This document shows positions 48,194 through 56,791 of a stretch of 58,800 nt of DNA, in pieces. Each line of letters begins with the position of its first letter. Position 1 is the first letter of the stretch. Made by a program: the position numbers and the translations under genes. The stretch comes from an uncultured Heliomicrobium sp. (GTDB lineage: Bacteria > Acidobacteriota > Blastocatellia > RBC074): contig CAZXZU010000003.1 in assembly GCA_964645355.1 (NCBI GenBank), positions 1-58,800 of the forward strand, read 5' to 3'. A model generated the notes under the pieces. The model made no database searches, was not told where the DNA came from, and worked only from the letters and a program-made list of their open reading frames with translations.

Positions 48194-48715
48194 ATGAATC
48201 TGCCTGAGTACGAAATTCGCCTTGCCACGTCTGAAGATGTTCTCTTTCTTCAGGACATTGAAAGCGCAGCCGGTGATCTCTTTTTGCAGTTTGAATTCAC
48301 TGCCCACCTGGCTGCCGACTCAACACCGCTCGAAGATTTTTACGAAGCTCTGAAAGACAACCTGCTTTGGTTGGCTGTGTCATCGGGCGGTCACCCAATC
48401 GGGTTCGCTCTGGTTTATATGCTCGAAGGCGCGGCGCATTTGGAAGAGTTGGCCGTTCATCCGGATTACGGACGCCGGGGTATTGGCGAGAAGCTGGTGC
48501 AGGCGGTGATTGACTGGGCGCGATCCGGCAAGATTTCAGCGGTGACGTTGACGACGTTCCGCGACATTCCCTGGAACGCGCCGTTTTACCAAAAGCTGGG
48601 ATTCAGGATTTTAGAAGCGGATGAATTGACGCCGAACCTTGTCAGGATAGTAGACGATGAAGAGAAACGCGGTTTGGCCAGAGAGCTTCGCGTGGTGATG
48701 AGGCGAATCGCGTAA
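48194..48715 (+). CDS. GNAT-family N-acetyltransferase
   Basis: LAVHPDYGRRGIGEKLVQAVIDWA is the acetyl-CoA-binding R/Q-x-x-G-x-G/A motif. Confidence 0.8.
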   Translation: MNLPEYEIRLATSEDVLFLQDIESAAGDLFLQFEFTAHLAADSTPLEDFYEALKDNLLWLAVSSGGHPIGFALVYMLEGAAHLEELAVHPDYGRRGIGEKLVQAVIDWARSGKISAVTLTTFRDIPWNAPFYQKLGFRILEADELTPNLVRIVDDEEKRGLARELRVVMRRIA

Positions 48716-48717
48716 CC

Positions 48718-48744
48718 GCGTTCCCTACCGGTCGCGGTACTGAC
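48718..48744. repeat. family-A palindromic element, single arm, between convergent genes
   Basis: GCGTTCCCTACCGGTCGCGGTACTGAC starts 3 nt after the GNAT stop. Confidence 0.75.
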
Positions 48745-48758
48745 CCAGTTGAGAAGTT

Positions 48759-49676
48759 TCAGCCGCTTTTGGTGATCGCGTTGATTTCGCCGCCGACCAG
48801 AATGGCTATGCCGGTAAAGTAAAACCACAGCATCAGCACCATCACTCCGCCCAACGCGCCGTAAGTCGCGCTGTAATTTCCGAACCGCGAAACGTAATAC
48901 CGAAAGCCAAACGAAATCAGCAGCCAGCAGACCACGGCGAACACCGCGCCGGGCGTGAACCAACGCCAGCGATGTTTGAAGTTCGGCGCGAAGTAGTAAA
49001 TCAAATCAACCGCGATCAATATCAGAATGCTGGCCAGCGGCCATTGAGCAACGCCGAAAACGGTATTGAAGGCTGCGCCTAAGTCGAAGTGGCGCGCGAT
49101 GCTCTGCCCCAGGCTTTTGCCGAAAAAGATCAGCGACAGCGCAGTCAGCACAAAAACCGCCAGGCCGAGCGTCAGCCAGATGGAAAGCAGTTTTTCCCGC
49201 CACCATGAACGCGGCGCAGTGTTTCGGTAAGCTCGATTGATTGAGCCGATGATCGCTTCCATCCCGGCGGACGAAGCCCAAATTGCGATAAGAATGCTGA
49301 AGCTGAGCAAACCGCCTCGCGGTCGTTCGGTGACCTGTTGAAAGGTGGTGTTAATCAGGCGATAAGCATCGGCAGGCAAGACGTTGTTCAACGCGCCCAG
49401 CCAGTAATCCAGCTTGCGCGGAATCGGCAACGGCAGAAAAGCCAGCAGCGCCGTCAGAAAAATCAACAACGGGAATAGAGAAAACAACCAGTAATAGGCA
49501 AGCTGGGCAGAGCGCCCGAAAACGTCGTCTTCGAATATGTTGTCCCAGAGTTGGCGAAAGAATGAGGGAGACGAACGGACGGAGGGACGGAGAGACGGGG
49601 AGACGGGGGGATTATCTCCCTCCGTTCGCCCTGTCTCTCTGTCGCCCAATTTCACTGTCTCTTTTCCGATTATCAC
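48759..49676 (-). CDS. YihY/BrkB-family membrane protein
   Basis: FGRSAQLAYYWLFSLFPLLIFL plus 6 TM segments. The GTG start at 49676 overlaps the upstream stop (GTGA). The first ~38 codons run through a repeat element. Confidence 0.75.
   Translation of the reverse strand: MIIGKETVKLGDRETGRTEGDNPPVSPSLRPSVRSSPSFFRQLWDNIFEDDVFGRSAQLAYYWLFSLFPLLIFLTALLAFLPLPIPRKLDYWLGALNNVLPADAYRLINTTFQQVTERPRGGLLSFSILIAIWASSAGMEAIIGSINRAYRNTAPRSWWREKLLSIWLTLGLAVFVLTALSLIFFGKSLGQSIARHFDLGAAFNTVFGVAQWPLASILILIAVDLIYYFAPNFKHRWRWFTPGAVFAVVCWLLISFGFRYYVSRFGNYSATYGALGGVMVLMLWFYFTGIAILVGGEINAITKSG
49564..49647. repeat. periodic 8-nt-unit element (GGAGGGAC/GGAGAGAC units) at the M36-protein/yihY junction
   Basis: GAGGGAGACGAACGGACGGAGGGACGGAGAGACGGGGAGACGGGGGG ... 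TCTCCCTCCGTTCGCCCTGTCTCTCTGTCGCCC. It shares partial complementarity (CGAACGGA..GGAGGGA with TCCCTCCGTTCG) and its units resemble the right arm of 16996-17078. Confidence 0.6.
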
Positions 49677-52600
49677 TTCAGTTGGATTGTCACTCGATTA
49701 GCTGTCACGCCGCCAACGGTTACGACGACTTCGACGCGGCGAGCTCCCTGTCCGGCCAGAGCCGTCGGGAACTCGACGTTGATTTGATCCAGCCCGGCGA
49801 AGCTGCCTTGCGCCCCGGCGTAAAGCACGTTGGCCGCGCGGCCATCAATCGTCACGGTCACAGATTCGGCGACACCGTTTCCGTCATTCGGATTTGCGGC
49901 GGGGACTCGGCGAACTCCGGTGGCGTAAAGCACCAGAATGTTCGGGCGTCCGTTGACCACGACATCGAACGGCGGTTGTTGGAAATTGATGCCGTCAATC
50001 GTCGTTTGAGCCGCCGCGTCGCCAGTGCCGGAAGCGTTGGCCGTGAAAATGGCAGGCGCAGTTGCGGCAATCTGGATATTTCCCAGCGCGTAACTGCCTT
50101 GCGGATTCGTGACTATGATCGTTGCCGAACCCGGATCAACTCCGACGGGAACGACAAAGTTGATCTGCGTCGGCGAAACGAAAAACAGCGGCGCTGGAAT
50201 TCCGTTGACCGTCAACATGGTGTCGGCCAGGCCGAACGGCAGCGGAATTGATTGAGCGAGTTCGATGCGCGGAGCCAGATTCACTCCGAAAGCGGCGGCA
50301 ATCGAATCCACGGCCAGCGGCCCGACTTTGAAATCGGCGGCGTTGACCGCGGTCAGCGGAGAAGCCTGAATAACACTGATTTGCACGATTTTGACATCGG
50401 CGAGCGTTCCGTCGCTGGCCGTGAAATTAACCGTGATATTGCGGCCAATGTCGGCGGCTGCGGGCGTCCAGCGGAAAGTGCCGCGCGCGCTGTTGTTGGT
50501 GTCGTTGGCAACGGTGAAGTTCGCTCCTGCCGGCAAACCTTCAGCCGTGATCGAAATCGGCACTCCCGAACCCAAATCCTGAGCCGAAACAACGAAGGCC
50601 AGTTCGCGTCCCGGCAAAGCAATTTGCTGAGTGACAGGCACGATCACCAGCGGCGGCTGGTTCGGCGAAATGATGGTCAGGCCGTCCAGTTTGAACCGTT
50701 CGTTGGTGACGACAGTGGTTGTGCCTGTCGAGCCGGTGTTGCCTCCAACTGCGTAAACCCAACCGCCCAGCACGGCGCTGCCCGGACGCGAACGCAGCGT
50801 AGGCAGATTCAACGAAGCATCAGACGGCAGCCAGCGGTCGGCGGCAAAATCGTAAACGTCCACGGTGTTCACCAGCCCGGAGTTGTTTTCGCCGCCGATA
50901 ATCAGCCACAGCACTTTGCCTGAAGCGTCCTGAGCCAGCGCGCTGGTTCCGTAAAAGTGCGCGTTGGGCATAGGCGCAATCAGCGACCATCTTTGAGTGG
51001 TGAAGTCGAAAACTTCGCCTGTCGTCAGCGGGCCGACTCCGCCGACGACATAAAGCTTGCCTCCGACAAAAGCCGATTCGTGAGCGAAGCGCGCCGAATT
51101 CATAGGCGGCAAAGCAGTCCAGGTGTTGGCTTGAATGTTGTAAACCTGAGCGTTGGTTATGCCTCCAATCAGGTCGCTGCCGCCGGTCATAAAGTAACGG
51201 TTGTTTGCCGGGTCCGCGGCCAGAGCGTAAGCGTGAACGCTGACCGGCGGAATGGCGAGCTTGGACCAGGCGTTGGCGGCAATGTCGTAAACGAATTGGC
51301 CTCGGTCAATTTCCACGGCGGGCGTGATGCCGCCGGGCAGATAAATTTTTCCGTTGATGGTCACGGCTCTGCCGGAATTGATCGGAGCAGGCAGCGGCGC
51401 AAGAACTTCCCAGGCCGGTGTTGCAACAGCCGGTTCCAGGCGCTGAACCGTTGTCAGCGCGCTTGCATTGCCGGTATTCGTGCGTCCGCCGATTTGATAA
51501 ATGTATTTGCCGTCGCTGGTTGCAGCCAAACGATTGATGGCGGCGGGCAGCGGCGTTTGAGTTTGCCAGCGGCTTTCTATGATGAAGTCGCTGCCGGACA
51601 AAGTTGTGGTTTCAGCGCCTTCGTCGTCAACGGCGACAATCTGCAAGCGCCCGTTGGCGGTGACGGCGTTCGACGGAATCGTCCAGTTGAAGGATTTGGA
51701 TTCCCCGCCCAGATCAGCGATGTTGGCGATAAGCTGCGGCGTAGTCGCCGTGCTGCGATACAACGCCACCCGATGACGCGCGATTCGCCGATTGTCAGCC
51801 GATTGCCAGCGCAACGTGACGGTCGAGCCGGTGAAAACCCGCTCGCCTCCAGCAGGCGAAAGCACAGACACAGTCGGCGGTGTCAGCGCGGTGTAAGTAA
51901 AACCGCCAATGACCTTCTTTTCAGCCGTGACGGAGTTTCTGACCGTCACGTCAACCGCCGCCGCTGCGGTCGCCGCAGGAGCAATGGCGCGCAACGTGTT
52001 CGAGTTGATGAAAGTTCGCGTCGCCGTAACCGCGCCGAAAAGCACTGTGGTTTCAGGCGAAAAGTTCGACCCGTTGATTGTCACTTGAGCGCCGCCGCGT
52101 ATCGAACCGGAGTTCGGGAAAATCCCAGTCACGTCAGGCGCGCCAACCGTCGAACCATTGACGTAATAAGTGAAAGCGTTGAGCAGCGTCGTCGTTCCGT
52201 AACGAGTTTCGACTCGAACGCTGGCTCTGCCTGCCGGCTGCGCCGGAGTGTTGACGGCGATGGCCGTGCTGCCCAGCGCGCGAACGTTCACTCCCGGCGT
52301 GTTGTTGAAGAAAATCCTGACATCGCCTGCTTCGGTGAAGTTCAAACCGCTGATCGTCACCACTGTGTTTCCGGCTGGCAAACCGGACGCGGGCGTGATG
52401 CCTGTGATGGCCGGAGCCAACGCATTCGGCGGCGGAATAAAAGTCGGGTCTGACGAACGCGCAATCAGTCGAATGTCGTCAATCGTCCAGCCGTCCGCGG
52501 TTCCAACCGAACTGACGCGGAATCGAATTCGCACGCGCGATTGGCCGGCCAGCGCGTCCAGTTTCTGCACCGCCTGATTGAAGGTCGCCAGCGTGCCGGT

Positions 52601-55459
52601 GAAAGCCGTCGCGCGATTCCAGGTCGCGCCGTCGTTGGTTGAAAACTCCACGTTGCCGTAATCGGTTCCGGCTGTTCCAAAGGCATAACGATGAGCGAAA
52701 GTCAGCGTTACTCCCACGGCGCGCGACAGATCGAAAAGCGGCGAAACCAGCGAAGCATTTGTCCCGGCGGCGTAATTGGCGTTCGGGCTGTCAGTCCACG
52801 AACGAGTTCCCGAAGCCGGCACGGTTTCGATAATCGCCCAGGAGTTGGCCGGAGTTCCGCTGACACTCCAACCGGCATTGCCCGCTTCAACGGTGTCGTC
52901 GAAGACAACTTTTTCGCCAACCACGTCGGCTTGCGCGGTGATTTGAACTGCCGTTCCGTTGCCGTTGTTGGCGTCGTCGTAAGTAATGATGATTTTGTCG
53001 CGCGCGCCCAGCGAAGCCTGCAACTGACCATCGCCCGCTGTCGCCGCGCCCGTCACAACTCGCAAACTGGAATTGTAACTGCCCACGCTGACGGCATCCG
53101 GCGTCAGCATCACCATTTCTTCGTCGCCTGTGATTGAGCTTCGGACTTTGGCGCGAATGGTTCCGGTCGCGTTGCGGTCGCCCAACATTATGCGAACGGT
53201 TTCACCCAGCAGGTAAGATTTTTGGTCAAGCTGAACAATGCCCAGATCGCTGCAAAACGGCGGCAAGTCGAAAGCCTGAACCGGGTTGCGGTCAACGGCT
53301 CCAACCGACGAAGCCGAATAACCCAGACCGCGTTTGGCAAACGCCGTCCACATCGCGCATTGGTTCGCGCCTGCGTTGTTTGCCCTGTCGGCGGCCATAA
53401 TCGAATTGCGCGAATCCAGAAACGACGGCGCGGGAGCGGACAACTTCATGCCGTCAACCACCAATTGCAGACTTTGCCGTTGGCCTTCGGCGAAACCCAG
53501 CTTGCGAATCAACTGAGCGCGAACTTCCAGCAACGTGTTGCACCAGACTTCCCCGACTCCGTGCGGAGCCACGCTGGTTGCCACGTCGGCGTACATCAGC
53601 GGATAAACCGTGGTGCTGGTGCTGTAAGGAAAACGGCGAATGCCGCGCGTGAAATTGCCTGTGGCGTATTGGCCTACGGCATAGCTTCCATCCAGATTGT
53701 CGGTTTCGGAAGCCAACAAAACTATGCCGAAATAATCCGACCAGCCTTCGCCCATTTGCTGGAAGCCGCCAAGCTGGCGAACCAGACGAGTGCTTAAACC
53801 GTGCGTCAGTTCGTGGATGATGATGCCCTGGTCGAAATCTCCGTCGCGTTGAGGCGTGCCGCCAGTCCACAAATACATCTGCATTCGACCTGGGTTGCCG
53901 TCAGCCGGAGTGGAGAAATTGGCGTTGTTGGTTCCGCCGCCATCCTGAGCTTCGGCGCGAACCGGGTCATTGCCCAATCCCAGACCGCCGAAATTGCTGG
54001 TCTGGAAATTCCCCGACGCTTCGTTGAAACCGAACAGGTACATAATGTCGTGGTAACGATTCACCCAGTAAAACATATTGGCCAGCGCCGCATTCTGATT
54101 GTCCGGCGTCGTCGGTTCCATTGTCAGATCGAGCGGGAAAGAAAAATTGCTGTCCGGCACAGTCAGCCGAGGCGAATCATCCGGCTGATTGTTGTTGTCA
54201 CGATCCAGGTAAGCGTCGGTATTGTTCGTTGTGAAACTGGTCGGCGGCTGGCCGTTCCACCAATCGTTGCGCGGATCGCTTGACTGATAAATCGCCGTGC
54301 CGTTGAACGGAGTTGCTCGGAACGGCACATCCTGGCGCTGGACGGTTGCCGGATTGCTGCCGGTAACCGGCAAGTTCGGGCGCGGGCTTTCTTTGGTGAA
54401 AACCAGTCCGTGCGGAGTCGGCTGAGCCAACGGGTTCAGAGTCCCGCCTTTAGGCGGAAGCGTTGGGAGCGAACCATTCCGCCTGAAGGCGGGACTACGT
54501 ACTTCTTCTTCAAAACAATACGAAGTCAGATTCCTGCGGAAAAGCAGCGCACCGGTTTCAGCGTCCACTACCATCTGATAAACGTCCGGCGTTTCAGCCA
54601 GCCACATCTCGAATTCCCAAGCCAGTCGCAGTTGATCGTTGAGGGTTGGGAAATAAACCAGCCGAGCTTCAATGTCGCGCTCGAACTTCGCCGACAGCGA
54701 AAGCTTCTGCTTCAAGGCTCGGCCAGCGGCGGCGGTTTTAATCGCAGCGACGTTCGTCGCTTCGACATCGGCGTAAGTCAGCGCCCGGTTAAATGCCGCG
54801 TTGACCGTCAAACGTGGCCGAGCCAGGTTCGCTGCCCGCGCGGCTGACGGCATCAATTCGCCTCCGGCAGTAATCAGCGCGCCGCTGCGGTCGAAGTGAA
54901 AAGCGTACTCGCCCTGAAAAACTTCTATGCCGTTGACTTCCTGCTGCATAAACAGATGCGTCACGCCGTTGTGATCCGTTCGGTAACGGCGCGCCACGCG
55001 CAAACCGTCAACTTCGTCGTCGCCCAGGCGATAAAGGTCATTGTTGGATTTCAAAAAATATCTGGCCCCGGCTTCGACATCGGAAGTGGCTTGAGTCAAA
55101 TCCTGAGTGAAACTGTAAACGCGGCTGGGGGCGTTGGTCAGACTGCTGAATTGAATTTGCGCGCTTGGCCGTTCACGACGCAGCCGCGAATCTCGCGCGG
55201 TGACAAGCTGGCGACCTTCGGCCTCGGCCGCCTTCATCTCGGCTGGCGGCGCGGGCAATGACTGAGACAAACCGGCGCGAATATCAAAGTCTTCTTGTTG
55301 TTGCGGAACGCGCTTTGGCTGTTGGGATTGACGCTGCGCTCCAGCCGTGAAAGAGGCCGTAAAAATCAGCGAGAAAACGCAGACAATGGCGACGAATGTG
55401 GCAAGGTAGAGAGTTGTTCTTTTCATTTGCAGTTTGATGGTGGTTAAGCGCATCAACAA
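49673..55459 (-). CDS. giant secreted multidomain protein: FTP propeptide + M36 (fungalysin-like) metalloprotease + IPT/TIG repeats + Kelch propeller + Ig-like + Solibacter-type C-terminal domain
   Basis: 1928 aa with signal MKRTTLYLATFVAIVCVFSLIF (ATG 55426 is the likely start). FTP-like NGVTHLFMQQEVNGIEVFQGE. Zinc site IIIHELTHG...GEGWSDY. IPT/TIG units: ITGITPASGLPAGNTVVTISGLNF and VTGIFPNSGSIRGGAQVTINGSNF. Kelch-like YQIGGRT... and GKIYLPGG. C-terminal PAIFTANASGTGDAAAQ...YAGAQGSFAGLDQINVEFP. Confidence 0.8.
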   Translation of the reverse strand: MLMRLTTIKLQMKRTTLYLATFVAIVCVFSLIFTASFTAGAQRQSQQPKRVPQQQEDFDIRAGLSQSLPAPPAEMKAAEAEGRQLVTARDSRLRRERPSAQIQFSSLTNAPSRVYSFTQDLTQATSDVEAGARYFLKSNNDLYRLGDDEVDGLRVARRYRTDHNGVTHLFMQQEVNGIEVFQGEYAFHFDRSGALITAGGELMPSAARAANLARPRLTVNAAFNRALTYADVEATNVAAIKTAAAGRALKQKLSLSAKFERDIEARLVYFPTLNDQLRLAWEFEMWLAETPDVYQMVVDAETGALLFRRNLTSYCFEEEVRSPAFRRNGSLPTLPPKGGTLNPLAQPTPHGLVFTKESPRPNLPVTGSNPATVQRQDVPFRATPFNGTAIYQSSDPRNDWWNGQPPTSFTTNNTDAYLDRDNNNQPDDSPRLTVPDSNFSFPLDLTMEPTTPDNQNAALANMFYWVNRYHDIMYLFGFNEASGNFQTSNFGGLGLGNDPVRAEAQDGGGTNNANFSTPADGNPGRMQMYLWTGGTPQRDGDFDQGIIIHELTHGLSTRLVRQLGGFQQMGEGWSDYFGIVLLASETDNLDGSYAVGQYATGNFTRGIRRFPYSTSTTVYPLMYADVATSVAPHGVGEVWCNTLLEVRAQLIRKLGFAEGQRQSLQLVVDGMKLSAPAPSFLDSRNSIMAADRANNAGANQCAMWTAFAKRGLGYSASSVGAVDRNPVQAFDLPPFCSDLGIVQLDQKSYLLGETVRIMLGDRNATGTIRAKVRSSITGDEEMVMLTPDAVSVGSYNSSLRVVTGAATAGDGQLQASLGARDKIIITYDDANNGNGTAVQITAQADVVGEKVVFDDTVEAGNAGWSVSGTPANSWAIIETVPASGTRSWTDSPNANYAAGTNASLVSPLFDLSRAVGVTLTFAHRYAFGTAGTDYGNVEFSTNDGATWNRATAFTGTLATFNQAVQKLDALAGQSRVRIRFRVSSVGTADGWTIDDIRLIARSSDPTFIPPPNALAPAITGITPASGLPAGNTVVTISGLNFTEAGDVRIFFNNTPGVNVRALGSTAIAVNTPAQPAGRASVRVETRYGTTTLLNAFTYYVNGSTVGAPDVTGIFPNSGSIRGGAQVTINGSNFSPETTVLFGAVTATRTFINSNTLRAIAPAATAAAAVDVTVRNSVTAEKKVIGGFTYTALTPPTVSVLSPAGGERVFTGSTVTLRWQSADNRRIARHRVALYRSTATTPQLIANIADLGGESKSFNWTIPSNAVTANGRLQIVAVDDEGAETTTLSGSDFIIESRWQTQTPLPAAINRLAATSDGKYIYQIGGRTNTGNASALTTVQRLEPAVATPAWEVLAPLPAPINSGRAVTINGKIYLPGGITPAVEIDRGQFVYDIAANAWSKLAIPPVSVHAYALAADPANNRYFMTGGSDLIGGITNAQVYNIQANTWTALPPMNSARFAHESAFVGGKLYVVGGVGPLTTGEVFDFTTQRWSLIAPMPNAHFYGTSALAQDASGKVLWLIIGGENNSGLVNTVDVYDFAADRWLPSDASLNLPTLRSRPGSAVLGGWVYAVGGNTGSTGTTTVVTNERFKLDGLTIISPNQPPLVIVPVTQQIALPGRELAFVVSAQDLGSGVPISITAEGLPAGANFTVANDTNNSARGTFRWTPAAADIGRNITVNFTASDGTLADVKIVQISVIQASPLTAVNAADFKVGPLAVDSIAAAFGVNLAPRIELAQSIPLPFGLADTMLTVNGIPAPLFFVSPTQINFVVPVGVDPGSATIIVTNPQGSYALGNIQIAATAPAIFTANASGTGDAAAQTTIDGINFQQPPFDVVVNGRPNILVLYATGVRRVPAANPNDGNGVAESVTVTIDGRAANVLYAGAQGSFAGLDQINVEFPTALAGQGARRVEVVVTVGGVTANRVTIQLK

Positions 55460-55645
55460 GCGCTGAGTTTCTTTTCCGTATTCATCCCAGGTCTGCCTGA
55501 GTATGAACTTTGAATTTGATGCGAAAGCTGTTTGAGATCACAACCGTCTAGGTTCGGACGTTGGCGATTCTAGCTGAGAAGGCAGGTCGGATAGAAGCAT
55601 TTCAAAATGAAATCTTTTGAGTCTTTGACCAAATCGCTCAGGCCA

Positions 55646-55727
55646 GTCAGTACCGCGACCGGTAGGGAGCGTCGTTCTTTTATCTCACCGCACTTGAAAA
55701 CTCGCTCCCTACCGGTCGCGGTACTGA
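55646..55727. repeat. family-A palindromic element, archetype copy (perfect 25-bp arms)
   Basis: GTCAGTACCGCGACCGGTAGGGAGCG (55646-55671) and CGCTCCCTACCGGTCGCGGTACTGA (55703-55727), separated by a 31-nt spacer. Intergenic. Confidence 0.9.
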
Positions 55728-55801
55728 TTCATCGTACCTTTGACCAAAGGGTTCCCGGACGTTAAAACAACTTCTTCAATCTCAACCACGGAGAATCAAC
55801 C

Positions 55802-56701
55802 ATGAAAATTCTGGTCACTGGCGCAACCGGTTTCATCGGCCAGGCTTTATGCAAGCTGCTGGCTGCCGAAGGCCACGAATTCAACGTTCTGTCACGCCGC
55901 CCGGAATCGGTGGCTTTGCCCGACTCAACGGCCTTTCGCTGGAATCCGGAAGCCGAGACTCCGCCAGTTGAAGCCTGGGCCGGCGTCGAAGCCGTCATTC
56001 ATCTGGCCGGAGAACCCGTCGCCGCCAAACGTTGGACTGAAGAACAAAAGCGCCGCATACGCGATTCGCGCGTCGTCGGGACTCGGAATCTGGTTAAAGG
56101 AATGCAGCAAGCCGAACAGCCGGCAAAAGTTTTTATCAGCAGTTCGGCGGTCGGCTTTTACGGCAACCGTGGCGATGAACAAGTGGACGAACGCTCAGCG
56201 CCCGGAACCGGCTTTTTCCCTGACGTATGCACGGCTTGGGAACGCGAAGCGCAAGCCGCCGATCCATTGGGAACCCGCGTTGTGCTTGCTCGCACCGGCG
56301 TTGTGCTTGGCAATGGCGGGATGCTGGAAAAGATTTTGCTGCCCTTCAAGCTGGGCGTCGGCGGCAGGTTGGGCAGCGGCAAACAATGGTTTCCGTGGAT
56401 TCACCTGGACGATATGGTTGGCCTGTTGCACCACGCTCTATTCAACGATCAGGTCAGCGGAGCAATCAACGCAGTCGCGCCCAATTCTGTGACCAACGCG
56501 GAATTCACCAAAACTTTGGGACGGGCGCTGAATCGCCCGACGATCTTCCCTGTCCCGGAATTCGCGCTGCGAATCTTGATGGGAGAACTGGCCAATGCCG
56601 CGTTGGACAGCCAGCGAGTTTTCCCAACAGTGGCGCTGGAAACCGGCTACGAATTCCGTTACGCGGCGCTGCAACCGGCGCTGGATTCATTGCTGCGCTG
56701 A
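55802..56701 (+). CDS. TIGR01777-type SDR/epimerase-family protein (YfcH-like, with DUF1731 C-terminus)
   Basis: MKILVTGATGFIGQALCKLL ... GKQWFPWIHLDD ... INAVAPNSVTNAEFTKTLGRALNRP. Confidence 0.8.
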   Translation: MKILVTGATGFIGQALCKLLAAEGHEFNVLSRRPESVALPDSTAFRWNPEAETPPVEAWAGVEAVIHLAGEPVAAKRWTEEQKRRIRDSRVVGTRNLVKGMQQAEQPAKVFISSSAVGFYGNRGDEQVDERSAPGTGFFPDVCTAWEREAQAADPLGTRVVLARTGVVLGNGGMLEKILLPFKLGVGGRLGSGKQWFPWIHLDDMVGLLHHALFNDQVSGAINAVAPNSVTNAEFTKTLGRALNRPTIFPVPEFALRILMGELANAALDSQRVFPTVALETGYEFRYAALQPALDSLLR

Positions 56702-56791
56702 AGCCCGGTTCGCTGGCCGGAATTCAACACGCAAAGTAGAATGCCGCCGCAAAGTTATTTCACTTCCCAACCCAAACAGGAGATTCACGAA

